Assembly: GCA_965140415.1 (NCBI GenBank)
Contig: OZ223209.1
Span: 5,856,001-5,920,000 of the forward strand
Direction: 5' to 3'
DNA length: 64,000 nucleotides
Origin: Myxococcota bacterium
GTDB taxonomy: Bacteria > Myxococcota_A > SURF-8
The notes beneath the pieces were generated by a model that searched no databases, was not told the origin of the DNA, and saw nothing but the letters and a program-made list of their open reading frames with translations. Shown here one piece after another: positions 45,142 through 55,779 of this stretch. Made by a program: the position numbers and the translations under genes. Positions within the stretch are counted from its first letter, which is position 1, and each line of letters begins with the position of its first letter.

Positions 45142-47703
45142 CTAGTCATTTTCCTTTAAATTCCGATTGGGACGCGGCAACAGTCGGATCAGGCGAAAAC
45201 CGATATTGGGCTTGACCCGGAAACGCGCCATGCCGACACGCCCAGCCGAGTGACACAGCGGCTCGGAATCCAGCCAGGAGCCGCCCTTGGTCAGTTTTTC
45301 ATTGGCCTGCGGATTGAACCAGTCCTCGCACCATTCACGTACACCGCCCGCCATGCCCAACGTGCCGAACGGCCCGAGATCCTGCGGAAAAGCGTTCACC
45401 GCTTTCAACCCGGCATGGCGCAGACTGTCGCGCATCAGACAACGGGTGCGCATGAAACCGTTACCCCAGGGATAAATGCGGCCATCGCCGCCGCGCGCGG
45501 CTTTTTCCCATTGCTCGTCGGTCGGCAGCGCATACGCCTGCCCTTCCTGCTCGGATAGCCAGGCGCAGTAGGCTCGCGCATCGTCCCAACTGATGCCGAA
45601 GACCGGCCAGTCCGGATCGAAGTCGCCCTGTTTGCCATCCGCTGAAAAATAGAAACCGCGATCAGGACGAATGCGCGGCGCGCGCGCGACGAAACCGTTT
45701 GCGGGCACTTCCGTTTGAGCTTGCAGGAAAGCCAGGTATTCTCCAATCGTTACAGGCTGCTTGGCCATCAGAAAGCCATCCACTTGCGGTGTACGGGATT
45801 TTTCGTAACCGTAGCAGGCTTCATCGCCGCCCTTTAAAAACGGTCCAGGCGGCACGTAGGCGAAACGCTCGTCCTGTAACTCGTCGGGCAGCAAAGGAAT
45901 TCCAAGTTCCAGTCGTTCGCCTGCTTCCAGCAGAATCGGATAGACAACCGGCTGCCGTTTCGGATGCCGCAGGGTCAACAGCCAATGCCCGCGCGGAACG
46001 GCCCGATCGCAAAGCGGCGTGGAGCCGAGCAGGAGTTCCTCCCCGGCGACCAGGATTCCATCCTTGTTTTCCAATGCCGCCAGATAAACAATTGCGTTAG
46101 CCGGTTCGGTGACGATTTGCAGCGTCGCCTTGCCGTGCAGCACTTCGCGAAAACGGACGGCGTCGTAGCTTTCCACGCGCTCGCGGTTGTAGATCATTTC
46201 CTTTTTATTGCGGGTCTGCGCGGCGTCCTGATAGCGAGCGTGGAAAAGATCCGCCAATAACTCGCGCCCCAAAGGCTGTTCGGGGTCCAGTGTGAGAGCT
46301 TCCGTCAGGCGTTCCTGCGCTTCGGCGAAGGTGCGATCGCAGGCCAGTTGCTCGTCTTGTGTGGCACATTCCAGCTCCCACAAGCGCTCGCCGCCGTTTT
46401 CCAGTTCCTTAGCGAGAGTGGCGCGGACTTCGTCCAGCCGGGACTTGATCTCGCCGTAACGGCGCACGATCTCCCGGGCGTCCTCCGCAATCAGCTTGGC
46501 TCGGCGTCGCATGATGCGGCGCTGCCGGGAGCCTTCTAAAAATCGCTCGATGTCGTCGAACAGTTCGCGTGCGCTTTTGGGTCGTTGCTCGGGCAATTTG
46601 GAAAGCGCCCGCAAGCAAAGTTTTTCAAGCACTTCGGGAATGCGTCGCTCCGGCGCACGTGCGCTGGGTCGCGCCACACTTTGTTCGCGCACCTTGCGCA
46701 ACACGTCTTCGACACTGGCTCCACTGAACGGCGGATGCAGTGTCAGAATTTCGTACAACAACGCACCCAGGCCGTAAATGTCGGTCTGCGGGCCGATGTG
46801 ATCCAGCCGCCCGTTGGCCTGCTCGGGAGCCATGTAAGCGGGAGTGCCTGAAATTACAGGACTTGCATGGATATGCCGGTCGGCGTCACCGTTGATTTCC
46901 TGAGCCAGTCCCCAGTCGGTTACGAAGGTTTCACCGAATTCACCGACCATGACGTTTTCCGGCTTGATGTCCCGGTGCACGATGCCCAGTGAATGGGCGT
47001 AGTCCACCGCCAGGCAAACCTGCTGAAAGATGGTCAGCAAGCGGACGAAACCGTAACGCTCGAGAACTTCTTCCTCTTCCCGCGCAATCGCCCGAAGCAC
47101 ATCTTTAAGCGAACGGCCATCGATACAGCGCATCGAGAAAAAGGCTTCGCCGGAGGGCAGCCGTCCCGCATCGTAAACCGGAACGATATTCGGATGTTCC
47201 AGCCGCGCCGCCGCACTGGCTTCGATGCGGAAACGTCGCTCCAAGCGCGCATCCGCCGCCCCGCCGGAACGCAGCACTTTCAACGCGATACGCCGATTGA
47301 AAAAGTCGTCCATCGCTTCGAGCACGCGCCCGCCGCCGCCGCTGGCGATTTCGCGCGTGATGCGATAGCGCTCGGAAGGGGCGTTTGCCGCGAAAACATC
47401 CACATCCGCCTCGACCTGCTTTTCACTCTCCGGCAACGAAAGGCTCACACCATCCTGTGCCAGCGCCGTGTAAAGTGTGCGGCCATCGTCGGGCAATTTG
47501 CCCAGGCGGCGCGTCAGTTCGCGGTGCAGGCTTTCGAATCGTGTCGGCGAGGTTTTCTGACGCTCGGTCAATAAAGCTTCCAGGTCCGGTTCGTTTTCCG
47601 CACCCATTTCAAACCAAAGCTCCAAGAGTTCATCCAGGCCCAGCGTGCCGCGCTCCAGCAGCAGTCGTGAATACTCCTTGGAATAGTTTCGCCGATCCTG
47701 CAT
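45142..47703 (-). CDS. Ser/Thr protein kinase fused to PEGA-like and C-terminal FGE-sulfatase (C-type lectin fold) domain
   Basis: IALK, HPNIVPVYD, HRDIKPEN, DWG, GTPAYMAPE; C-terminal PVFGISWDDARAYC, LPTDEQWEKAARG, YPWG, KGGSW, IGFR. Confidence 0.88.
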   Translation of the reverse strand: MQDRRNYSKEYSRLLLERGTLGLDELLELWFEMGAENEPDLEALLTERQKTSPTRFESLHRELTRRLGKLPDDGRTLYTALAQDGVSLSLPESEKQVEADVDVFAANAPSERYRITREIASGGGGRVLEAMDDFFNRRIALKVLRSGGAADARLERRFRIEASAAARLEHPNIVPVYDAGRLPSGEAFFSMRCIDGRSLKDVLRAIAREEEEVLERYGFVRLLTIFQQVCLAVDYAHSLGIVHRDIKPENVMVGEFGETFVTDWGLAQEINGDADRHIHASPVISGTPAYMAPEQANGRLDHIGPQTDIYGLGALLYEILTLHPPFSGASVEDVLRKVREQSVARPSARAPERRIPEVLEKLCLRALSKLPEQRPKSARELFDDIERFLEGSRQRRIMRRRAKLIAEDAREIVRRYGEIKSRLDEVRATLAKELENGGERLWELECATQDEQLACDRTFAEAQERLTEALTLDPEQPLGRELLADLFHARYQDAAQTRNKKEMIYNRERVESYDAVRFREVLHGKATLQIVTEPANAIVYLAALENKDGILVAGEELLLGSTPLCDRAVPRGHWLLTLRHPKRQPVVYPILLEAGERLELGIPLLPDELQDERFAYVPPGPFLKGGDEACYGYEKSRTPQVDGFLMAKQPVTIGEYLAFLQAQTEVPANGFVARAPRIRPDRGFYFSADGKQGDFDPDWPVFGISWDDARAYCAWLSEQEGQAYALPTDEQWEKAARGGDGRIYPWGNGFMRTRCLMRDSLRHAGLKAVNAFPQDLGPFGTLGMAGGVREWCEDWFNPQANEKLTKGGSWLDSEPLCHSAGRVGMARFRVKPNIGFRLIRLLPRPNRNLKEND

Positions 47704-47993
47704 CAACCGTATCCTTGTGGTTTGCAAAAAGAAAAGGGTGTTTCGATCCGTATGCTACCTCCAAAAGGCCGTTGCTCGCAAGCACGAAATATATCGAATA
47801 GATTTTATGGTGTATCACAAGATATTGCGATTGGCTTTGAAAACGGGTTTGCAACTTCTTGTGATGCACCCTAGATTTTATGAAAACCATCTTTCTCTCG
47901 TCTTGTTCTTGGCGAATCGAGTGCAGGCTGTTAAAATACCCGCGAAATAAAACCGAGAACGAGTTGCTTATATCTACACGAAAGGAGTGTCTT

Positions 47994-48599
47994 ATGTTGC
48001 GTAATCTGTTGTTATCCGTAGTGATCTTGTCTTTGCTGGTATCGTTAGCCAACGCCGCCGCACCGGCCAAGAAAGCTCCCGAGAAAGCCCCTGCTAAAAA
48101 CCCGGTGGTGGTAATGAAAACCAATCTCGGGGAAATCGAAATCGAACTGTATCAGGATAAAGCCCCGATTTCCGTGAAAAACTTCCTGACTTACGTCAAC
48201 GAAAAGTTCTACGACGGCACCATTTTCCACCGCGTCATCAAGAACTTCATGATTCAGGGCGGCGGTTTCGACAAAGCCGTCAAAAAGAAAGACACCCACG
48301 CACCCATTAAAAACGAAGCCACCAACGGCCTGAAAAACACGCGCGGCACCCTGGCCATGGCACGCACCGGCGTGGTGGACAGCGCCACCGCGCAGTTCTT
48401 CATCAACGTGGTGGACAACGCCTTTTTGGATCACCGCAGCCCGGACCCGCGCGGATTCGGTTATGCGGTATTCGGCAATGTCATCAAAGGAATGGATGTG
48501 GTCGACAAAATCCGTAACACGCCCACCGCAGCCTGCGGCCCCTTCCCCAAAGACTGCCCGACGACTCAGGTCGTCATCGAAAGTGTGCGCGTGAAATAG
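47994..48599 (+). CDS. ppiA: Periplasmic cyclophilin-type peptidyl-prolyl isomerase
   Basis: Signal peptide; [50 protein letters not shown]. Confidence 0.92.
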   Translation: MLRNLLLSVVILSLLVSLANAAAPAKKAPEKAPAKNPVVVMKTNLGEIEIELYQDKAPISVKNFLTYVNEKFYDGTIFHRVIKNFMIQGGGFDKAVKKKDTHAPIKNEATNGLKNTRGTLAMARTGVVDSATAQFFINVVDNAFLDHRSPDPRGFGYAVFGNVIKGMDVVDKIRNTPTAACGPFPKDCPTTQVVIESVRVK

Positions 48600-48672
48600 G
48601 TTGAATTTGCTTATGATCTCCCGTTTCGCTCAAGCAGAGGGACGTTCGCCGGGTTCATCCCGGCGCGTTCCG

Positions 48673-49344
48673 ATGCGGGCGTTTTGGGGGATCTTGTTTT
48701 TCCTGCTTTTCCTCTCGCCCTCCCAAGCCGAATCGCCGAAAACGACCGAACCGGCAGCCTCCGCCACTCCCGAATTCAAAGGAGAAATTCTGCCGATTTC
48801 CGCAGAACGCGCCGCCGCTATGCGTGGTGTGTCCTGGCATCCCGGTTGCCCGGTCGCTTTGGAAGATCTGCGCAATGTGCAAGTCAGCTATTGGGGGTTC
48901 GACAATCAGGCGCATTCCGGCGACCTGATCGTGCATAAAGAGGTTGCAAAAGAAGTACTTGCGATTTTTTCCGAATTATATTCGGCGCGTTTTCCGATTG
49001 AAAAGCTGCGTCCCGTCTCGGAGCACGGCGGCGACGATGCCGCCTCGATGGCCGCCAACAACAGCAGTGCCTTCAATTGTCGCAGGCGCACCGGCAACCG
49101 GAAGCGCTATTCCAACCACGCCTACGGGAAAGCCATCGATATCAACCCCGTGCAGAACCCTTATGTGTATAAGGAAAAAGTCCTACCCGAAGCCGGGCGC
49201 GCCTACCTGAATCGGAACAAACCTGCCAAGGGCTTGATCCGTCGCGGGGATGTTTGCCAGCAGGCATTCAAACGTCATGGCTGGAGTTGGGGCGGTCTGT
49301 GGCGGCGCAACAAAGACTATCAGCATTTCGAAAAAAGATTGTAA
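48673..49344 (+). CDS. M15-family metallopeptidase (peptidoglycan peptidase-like), secreted
   Basis: NNSSAFNCR, SNHAYGKAIDINP, WGG.W...KDYQHFE. Confidence 0.85.
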   Translation: MRAFWGILFFLLFLSPSQAESPKTTEPAASATPEFKGEILPISAERAAAMRGVSWHPGCPVALEDLRNVQVSYWGFDNQAHSGDLIVHKEVAKEVLAIFSELYSARFPIEKLRPVSEHGGDDAASMAANNSSAFNCRRRTGNRKRYSNHAYGKAIDINPVQNPYVYKEKVLPEAGRAYLNRNKPAKGLIRRGDVCQQAFKRHGWSWGGLWRRNKDYQHFEKRL

Positions 49345-49377
49345 CCATTTGTTATTGTTGACGTATTTACATCAATC

Positions 49378-49549
49378 GTGGGTCGGGTCATCTGCCCGAA
49401 ATTTCCGAATGATGATGTCGGGCAAGAAATTTGCCCGACCTACTGTGGGAATGTAACCACATGTTATTATTGGCATATCGACATCAATTGTAGGTCTGGC
49501 AGATTCTGCCCGATAAGCATTGGGTGTCGGATTCACTGAATCCGACCTT
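49378..49549. repeat. Cluster of four GTAG-type REP-like palindromes in two inverted pairs
   Basis: GTGGGTCGGGTCATCTGCCCGA; reverse GTAGGTCGGGCAAATTTCTTGCCCGACA; GTAGGTCTGGCAGATTCTGCCCGA; reverse AAGGTCGGATTCAGTGAATCCGACA. They lie between convergent genes. Confidence 0.65.
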
Positions 49550-49646
49550 GCTAAAATCAAATAATAACCGCTATAAACCCTAAACCGCCCGACTCCCTTA
49601 CGGGAGCCGGGCAGCGCGATGAAACCTTGTAATGTGTCGTAGAACG

Positions 49647-51548
49647 CTAAGTTGCAATCACGGCGTTGGTAGGACAAACCGTAATGCAGCTTCCACAATG
49701 GATGCACATCGCCGCATTGATAACGTGTGGTTTCTTCTTTTCACCGGTTATGGCGTTGCTCGGACATTTCTTGGCACAACTCATACAGCCGATACAAACC
49801 TCTTCATTGATACTGAAGGTCAACAGCTTGTTGCAAACCTTGGCCGGGCATTTGTGATCACGAATGTGCGCCACGTATTCATCCTTGAACCAGCGCAAGG
49901 TGGACAGCACCGGGTTGGGCGCCGTCTGTCCCAAACCGCACAAACTGCAATCGCGCGTGACTTCGCCAACGCTTTCCAAACTCTCAAGTACTTCGTCAAG
50001 TTGTTCCGGTTTATAGACACCTTCACAGATGTTTGACAAGGTATCGAGCATGCGCTTGGTGCCGATGCGGCAGGGTACGCATTTACCGCAGCTTTCGCGC
50101 TGGATGAAGTCCATAAAGAACATGGCGACATCGACCATGCAATTGTCTTCGTCCATGGCGACCATGCCGCCCGATCCCATCATCGCTCCCACGGTCTTCA
50201 GGCTTTCATAATCGATTTCCAGATCCATATGATCCGCATCGACACAGCCACCGGAAGGACCACCCATTTGTACCGCCTTGAACTTGCGATCATTCAGGAT
50301 GCCACCACCGATCTTTTCGATGATCTCGCGGATGGTGGTTCCCATGGCCACCTCAACCAGGCCGGTGCTGTTGATCTTGCCAGTCAGTGCAAACACCTTG
50401 GTTCCCTTGGATGACTCGGTGCCGTACGAAGCGAACCAGTCGCCGCCCTTATCCAAGATCGGTCCTAAATTGGCAAGAGTTTCAACGTTATTGATGATCG
50501 TGGGCGAATTCCACAAACCACTTTGAGCGGGGAAGGGAGGTCGAGGTCGTGGTTCACCGCGCTGACCCTGAATGCTGTGTATCAGGGCCGTTTCTTCGCC
50601 GCAGACAAACGCGCCCGCGCCCATCTTGATATAGACGTCGAAACCGAAACCGGTACCCAGGATGTTTTCACCCAGCAAGCCGACTTCTCGCAGGCAGTTG
50701 ATCGCCTTTTGCAGGCGCGAAATCGCCAGCGGATATTCTTGACGTACATAGATCACTGCTTTTTGCGCACCGATTCCATATCCGGCAATCAACAGACCTT
50801 CCAAGATACAGAAGGGATCACCTTCCATCAGGGAGCGGTCCATGAACGCTCCGGGGTCCCCTTCGTCGCCGTTGCAGATCACATATTTTTTCTCGCCTTC
50901 AGCCTCCCGGCAAAACTTCCATTTCAATCCAGTCGGGAAACCACCACCACCTCGACCACGCAAGCCGGAGGTTTTTACTTCTTCGATCACTTCTTCCGGG
51001 GTCATCGAAAGTAACGCCTTTTCAAACCCCTTAAAACCGTCCGTAGCCAAATAGGCATCCAGATTTTCCGGGTCTACCTCACCGCAGCGTTTGAGTGCGA
51101 TGCGGGTTTGATTGGCGTAGAACGGAATATCGTTTCGTCCCTTTTTGGATTCCTTGCTACCGGGATCTACATAGAGCAACCGTTCTACAACTTCGTTACC
51201 CTTGAGTGTGGATTCCACGATTTCAGCCACGTCTTTGACCTTGACCTTAGTATATAGGATGTCATCGGGCAGTACATGCACCAGCGGTCCCATTTGGCAA
51301 AAACCATGACAGCCGGAAACCGCCATGTAGGTTGGGTGCAGACCTGCATCATGCTTTTCGAAGTGGATTGTGGCTTCGACGTTTTGCTCGCTGCATACGG
51401 CCTGAAACGCCTCGAAGACTTCCAGCGAACCATTGGCCACACAGCCGGTACCAGCGCAAATCATGACGCGCCGTTGGATACCGGCATCAATATCCAAGGA
51501 AGCTTCACGTCTTGATTTGAGGTCTTGTGCAGTTTTAATCATCATCAC
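49647..51548 (-). CDS. NuoF/HydB-like NAD(P)H-binding flavo-FeS subunit of the formate dehydrogenase complex
   Basis: N-terminal CAGTGC/GCHGFC [2Fe-2S], GRGGGGFPTG, NGDEGDPGAFMDR, CGEETAL, ESCGKCVPCR, C-terminal 2x[4Fe-4S]. Confidence 0.92.
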   Translation of the reverse strand: MMMIKTAQDLKSRREASLDIDAGIQRRVMICAGTGCVANGSLEVFEAFQAVCSEQNVEATIHFEKHDAGLHPTYMAVSGCHGFCQMGPLVHVLPDDILYTKVKVKDVAEIVESTLKGNEVVERLLYVDPGSKESKKGRNDIPFYANQTRIALKRCGEVDPENLDAYLATDGFKGFEKALLSMTPEEVIEEVKTSGLRGRGGGGFPTGLKWKFCREAEGEKKYVICNGDEGDPGAFMDRSLMEGDPFCILEGLLIAGYGIGAQKAVIYVRQEYPLAISRLQKAINCLREVGLLGENILGTGFGFDVYIKMGAGAFVCGEETALIHSIQGQRGEPRPRPPFPAQSGLWNSPTIINNVETLANLGPILDKGGDWFASYGTESSKGTKVFALTGKINSTGLVEVAMGTTIREIIEKIGGGILNDRKFKAVQMGGPSGGCVDADHMDLEIDYESLKTVGAMMGSGGMVAMDEDNCMVDVAMFFMDFIQRESCGKCVPCRIGTKRMLDTLSNICEGVYKPEQLDEVLESLESVGEVTRDCSLCGLGQTAPNPVLSTLRWFKDEYVAHIRDHKCPAKVCNKLLTFSINEEVCIGCMSCAKKCPSNAITGEKKKPHVINAAMCIHCGSCITVCPTNAVIAT

Positions 51549-52009
51549 TTGCCCCCTTTTTTCTGGACCTGTGTGAGGATTCGTTTGACTTGCTTGGGTT
51601 TGACCTCACCAAACACCTCCCCACCGACGGTAATGACAGGGGCTAAACCGCAGGCACCGATGCAGGCAACGACCTCTAGTGAAAACAAGCCGTCTTCGGT
51701 GGTGTCGCCCGGTTCGATGTTCAGATGATCCTTGAATGCCTCCAGGACCGCCGCTGATCCGCGCACGTGACAGGCCGTTCCACGGCAAACCACGATTGGA
51801 TGCTTGCCCAGTGGCTTAAATCGAAATTGGTTGTAGAATGTCGCAACTCCGAATACCTTGCTAATCGGGAGACCAAGGTGATCGCTGATACGCTGCAGCG
51901 CATCCATCGAGAGGTACCCTTCCGCCTCCTGAATATCCTGTAAAAGAGGAATCAGCTTATCCGGTGTTGCATCGGAATACTGACTTAATACAGTATCGAC
52001 TCCGCTCAT
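51545..52009 (-). CDS. NuoE/HydC-like [2Fe-2S] subunit
   Basis: VATFYNQF, CRGTACHVRG, ACIGACGLAP. Confidence 0.92.
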   Translation of the reverse strand: MSGVDTVLSQYSDATPDKLIPLLQDIQEAEGYLSMDALQRISDHLGLPISKVFGVATFYNQFRFKPLGKHPIVVCRGTACHVRGSAAVLEAFKDHLNIEPGDTTEDGLFSLEVVACIGACGLAPVITVGGEVFGEVKPKQVKRILTQVQKKGGK

Positions 52010-52106
52010 GTTATCCACCTATCGCTATGGGATGCTATAACCACAGACAGCAACGGCTGGTCTGCCGTGCCGGTTTCCCGGCACGAAGACCCAACCGGAC
52101 TGAGAC

Positions 52107-54842
52107 TTAGGGTCTCGCCTGACGGCGCAGGACCTTTTCAGACCCAATCGCTTCACCATCTTCCACTTTTTCAACCTTGATCGCGCAGACCTTGTACTCC
52201 GCCGTGTCCGAAACCGGATCGAAGGCGTCGTTGGTCAAGGCATTGCCGCAGGCTTTGGCGAAGTGGAAGGAACACCAGCAAACACCCTCGGGCGAACGGT
52301 CCGTCACCCAGGCCCGCAACGTGATTTCGCCACGGCGCGAAGACGCCCGCACCCAATCGCCGGATGTCACTCCCAGCCGTTCCGCGTCCGCAGGGCTGAT
52401 TTCCATCAACTCCTCGCCGAACAGCTCGTTGAGTCCGTTGCAGTGCTGCGTCTGGATAGTGTGGTAATGCCACAGGCGGCGGCCCGTGGATAGATAGAAA
52501 GGATACTCTTCATCCGGCGTTTCCGCCGGCGGACGATACTGCACCGCATGGAACAAGCCCTTCCCGCGCGTGAATTTGCCGCTTTTGTGCAGGAAGGGAA
52601 CTCCGGGATGCTCCAAGGTGGGCACCGGCCATTGCAGGCCGATGTCGTCGATGCGCTCCCAGGTGATGCCGTGATAGCTCGGTCCCAACTCCGCGATTTC
52701 ACGGAAAATACCTTCCGAACTTTCAAAGCCCATGTCGTATCCCATACGCTTGCCCAGTTCGTTCAACACCCACCAATGAGAGCGGGAATCGCCCGGCGGC
52801 GTCAGCGGACCGCGCACACGCTGCACGCGGCGCTCGGAGTTGGTGAAGGTGCCTTCTTCCTCACTCCAGGCTAGATCGGGAAATACGACATCCGCAAAGG
52901 GTGCGGTTTCGTTGTAGAAGATCTCGCCAACAACCAGGAACTCGCAATGTTCCAGCACCTTTTTCGTGTGAGCCATATTCGGCTCGGTCAGCAGTACATT
53001 TTCGCCGTAGATGTACAGGCTTTTTACTTTGTCTTCCAATACACCATCGAACATCTTGGGAATGGTCAAACCGTTTTTGTCGTCCAGCTTCTCCACTCCC
53101 CAGGCTTTCTGGAATTTCTCGCGAGCGGCGGGATCTTCCACTTTCTGGTAGCAATGGTAGACATTGGGCAACGCGCCCATATCGCAGGCACCCTGCACGT
53201 TATTCTGACCGCGTAGCGGATTGACGCCGCCGGCGTACTTGCCCACATTGCCCAACACCATCTGTAAGTTGGCGCAACTCTTGACATTATCCACGCCACA
53301 GGTGTGCTCGGTAATGCCCAGCGTGTAAATCAGAGAAGCCACATCGCTTTCACCCAGAGTGCGCGCGACTTCCTTGATGGTTTCCACCGGCACACCGGTG
53401 ATTTCGCTGGTGCGTTCGAGCGTATAGGCTTCGACCGTCGTTTTCAGCGCTTCATAATTCTCGGTATTCTCATCGATGTACGCCTGATCCTGCCAGCCGT
53501 TGGCGATGATTTCCCGCATCAATCCATTTAGATAGGCGACATCCGAGCCCGGCTTGATGCGGACATACTTCGTCGCCCAGCGGCACAGATCGATCTTGCG
53601 CGGATCGTTGACGATCAGGGTGGCACCCTTTTTCACCGCACGTTTGATGTAGTACGAAATAACCGGGTGCGCCTCTGTCGTATTCGACCCGATCACGAAC
53701 AACAATTTCGCGTTTTCCAATTCCTGAATGGAATTGGTCATCGCTCCCGAACCAAAGCTTGCCGCCAGACCGGCGACCGTGGGAGCGTGTCAAGTCCGTG
53801 CGCAGTGATCGACGTTATTCGTCCCCATCACCGCGCGTGTAAATTTCATCATTGCGTAATTGTTTTCGTTGGTCGTCCGGGCGCAGGAAATCGACGCGAA
53901 AGACTGCTCGCCGTGCTTGGCCTTGATATCGGACAACCTCTTGGCGGTATAGTCTAATGCCTCCTCCCAGGAGACTTCGACGTGCCGCCCATCCTTTTTG
54001 ATCAGCGGTGTGGTCAACCGCTTGGGATGACTCGGGAATTCGTAGGCAAAGCGACCCTTGACGCACAACATGCCGTCGTTTGGCGGAATGTCTTCTCGAC
54101 CGGAAACGCGCACGATGCGGTTTTTCGCTTTGTCCACATGCAGGGTCATCTGACAGCCGACGCCGCAATAGGGACAGGTCGTATCCACCTTCTCCAGTTC
54201 CCATTCGCGTCCGGTGACCATCGCCTTCTTTTCCGTGATGGCCGCCGTCGGGCAGAGCTGGACGCATTCGCCGCACTGCACGCAACTGCTGTCGATCATC
54301 GGAACGCCGGTATCGCAGACCACCTGCGTATTGTAGCCGCGCTTGGCGAAGGTCAATACTTCGTTGACGACCACACTGTTGCAGGCTTCGATACAGCGAC
54401 CGCAGACGATGCATTTGTTCGGATTCATCACGATCATCTGCGAGCTTTTATCCATCGGGCGTTTCGGCTCGTCGAAGATCGGATATTCCTTGATGCCCAG
54501 CCAGTAGGCGGCGTCCTGCAATTCGCAACGACCGTTAGCCTCGCAGACCATGCAGTTGTGGTGACCGTTGCTGATCAGGTTTTCCACGATCACGCGCCGG
54601 GCTTTGAAAACCCGCTCGTTTTCGCTGTGTACCACCATGCCTTCTTTGGCGGGCACGGTGCAGGAGGTCTGCAAACCGCGCATACCTTCGATTTCCACCA
54701 CGCAAGCTCGACAGCGGCTGGCTGCGCCGGTCTTTTTATGCCAGCACAGGGTAGGGATGTAGATTCCATTCGCACGCGCCACCTCCAGGACGGTTTGTCC
54801 TTGCTCGAAGGTGAACGAGCGACCATCAATTGTAAGCTTCAT
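52107..54842 (-). CDS. fdhA: Selenocysteine-containing cytoplasmic formate dehydrogenase alpha subunit (911 aa, Sec at codon 351)
   Basis: Two ORF-track pieces are in the same frame, joined by TGA at 53790-53792 in DHCART-U-HAPTVAGL..FGSGAMTN. N-terminal FeS modules, TCPYCGVGC, CVKG, PLRGQNNVQGACDMG; no Tat signal. Confidence 0.93.
53761..53789 (-). promoter_or_regulatory. Bacterial SECIS element
   Basis: 12 nt 3' of the UGA is the hairpin GUCGCC-GGUCU-GGCGGC, resembling the fdhF-type SECIS apical stem-loop. Confidence 0.8.
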
Positions 54843-54912
54843 TACCCCTCCTTCCTTACAAAGTGCAGCCTAAAGTTATCTGAAATCCGTCAATGAAACA
54901 CGTCGATTATAT

Positions 54913-55779
54913 TCAGCTTTCTCCCAATGCCCTCAAGCGTTGCGAAGGCGCTTGATTCGGTACGGAGAGGTTTTCGCATTCAAAACGAAAATGACCGCTA
55001 TACACGTTCATCCGTCCCGGACGCACGAAGGCGGCCAAGGAAAGCCCGGTATGATTTGCCAGTTCCACCGCCATACCGGTCGGTCCGGAAGTGGCAGCCA
55101 GGACGGCCACTCCTGCACGGGCGGCTTTTTGCACCAGTTCGAAACTGGCTCTGCTACTGACAAAAGCCAGCGCCGCCTGCGGCAAGCTTCCCTGTAAAAA
55201 CGCCGCGCCGATCGCTTTATCCAGCGCATTGTGACGACCGACATCTTCCGCGAAAGCGAGCAGCTCTCCATCTACCTGAAACAGACCCGCCGCATGGGTA
55301 CTGCCGGTTTCGGCGAATAGCGGCTGGTGGTCTTCCAGTTGTTCCCGGCAACGTTGCAAAACATCGAAGTGGAAGCGTTCGATTCGAGTAACCGGAGCGA
55401 TGGAAACGGACAGATCCTCCACAAGTTGCTTTCCACATAACGCGCAACTGGAACGCACGAGCGATGGCGAGCGGGTCAACAGATGGGCCACCTGTTCGTA
55501 GCGTTCTTGCGTCAATTCAATAAACACCCGGTTTCCCGAGTCTTTACAACAAGTAATGCTCGTCAAATCCGAAAGATTATCGATGTATCCTTCCGATAGA
55601 CAGAGACCGGCGGCCAGCGCTTCGTCCTGACCGGGCGTTCGCAAGGTCACGAGAATCGGCTGGTTTTGAATGAAAATCTGTAAGGGTTCTTCAACAGCGA
55701 CCCGATCGGGTCCGCGTTCCGTTCGGCCATCGCAGACTCGCTCTACGACTACCCCGCAGGTTGTGAATCGACTGTCCAT
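54913..55779 (-). CDS. fdhD: Formate dehydrogenase accessory sulfurtransferase
   Basis: VAVEEPL, RTPG, SSCALCG, TGSTHAA, EDVGRHNALDKAIG, SSRASFELVQK. Confidence 0.93.
   Translation of the reverse strand: MDSRFTTCGVVVERVCDGRTERGPDRVAVEEPLQIFIQNQPILVTLRTPGQDEALAAGLCLSEGYIDNLSDLTSITCCKDSGNRVFIELTQERYEQVAHLLTRSPSLVRSSCALCGKQLVEDLSVSIAPVTRIERFHFDVLQRCREQLEDHQPLFAETGSTHAAGLFQVDGELLAFAEDVGRHNALDKAIGAAFLQGSLPQAALAFVSSRASFELVQKAARAGVAVLAATSGPTGMAVELANHTGLSLAAFVRPGRMNVYSGHFRFECENLSVPNQAPSQRLRALGES

Noticed and set aside
52021-52045. ModE-like box ATCGCTAT...TATAACC between fdhA and the nuoE-like gene
   Set aside because: Half-site spacing is too short and the site is intra-operonic next to an RBS.
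53790-53792. Nonsense mutation making fdhA a pseudogene
   Set aside because: The stop is at the catalytic Cys/Sec position and is followed by a SECIS-like hairpin.
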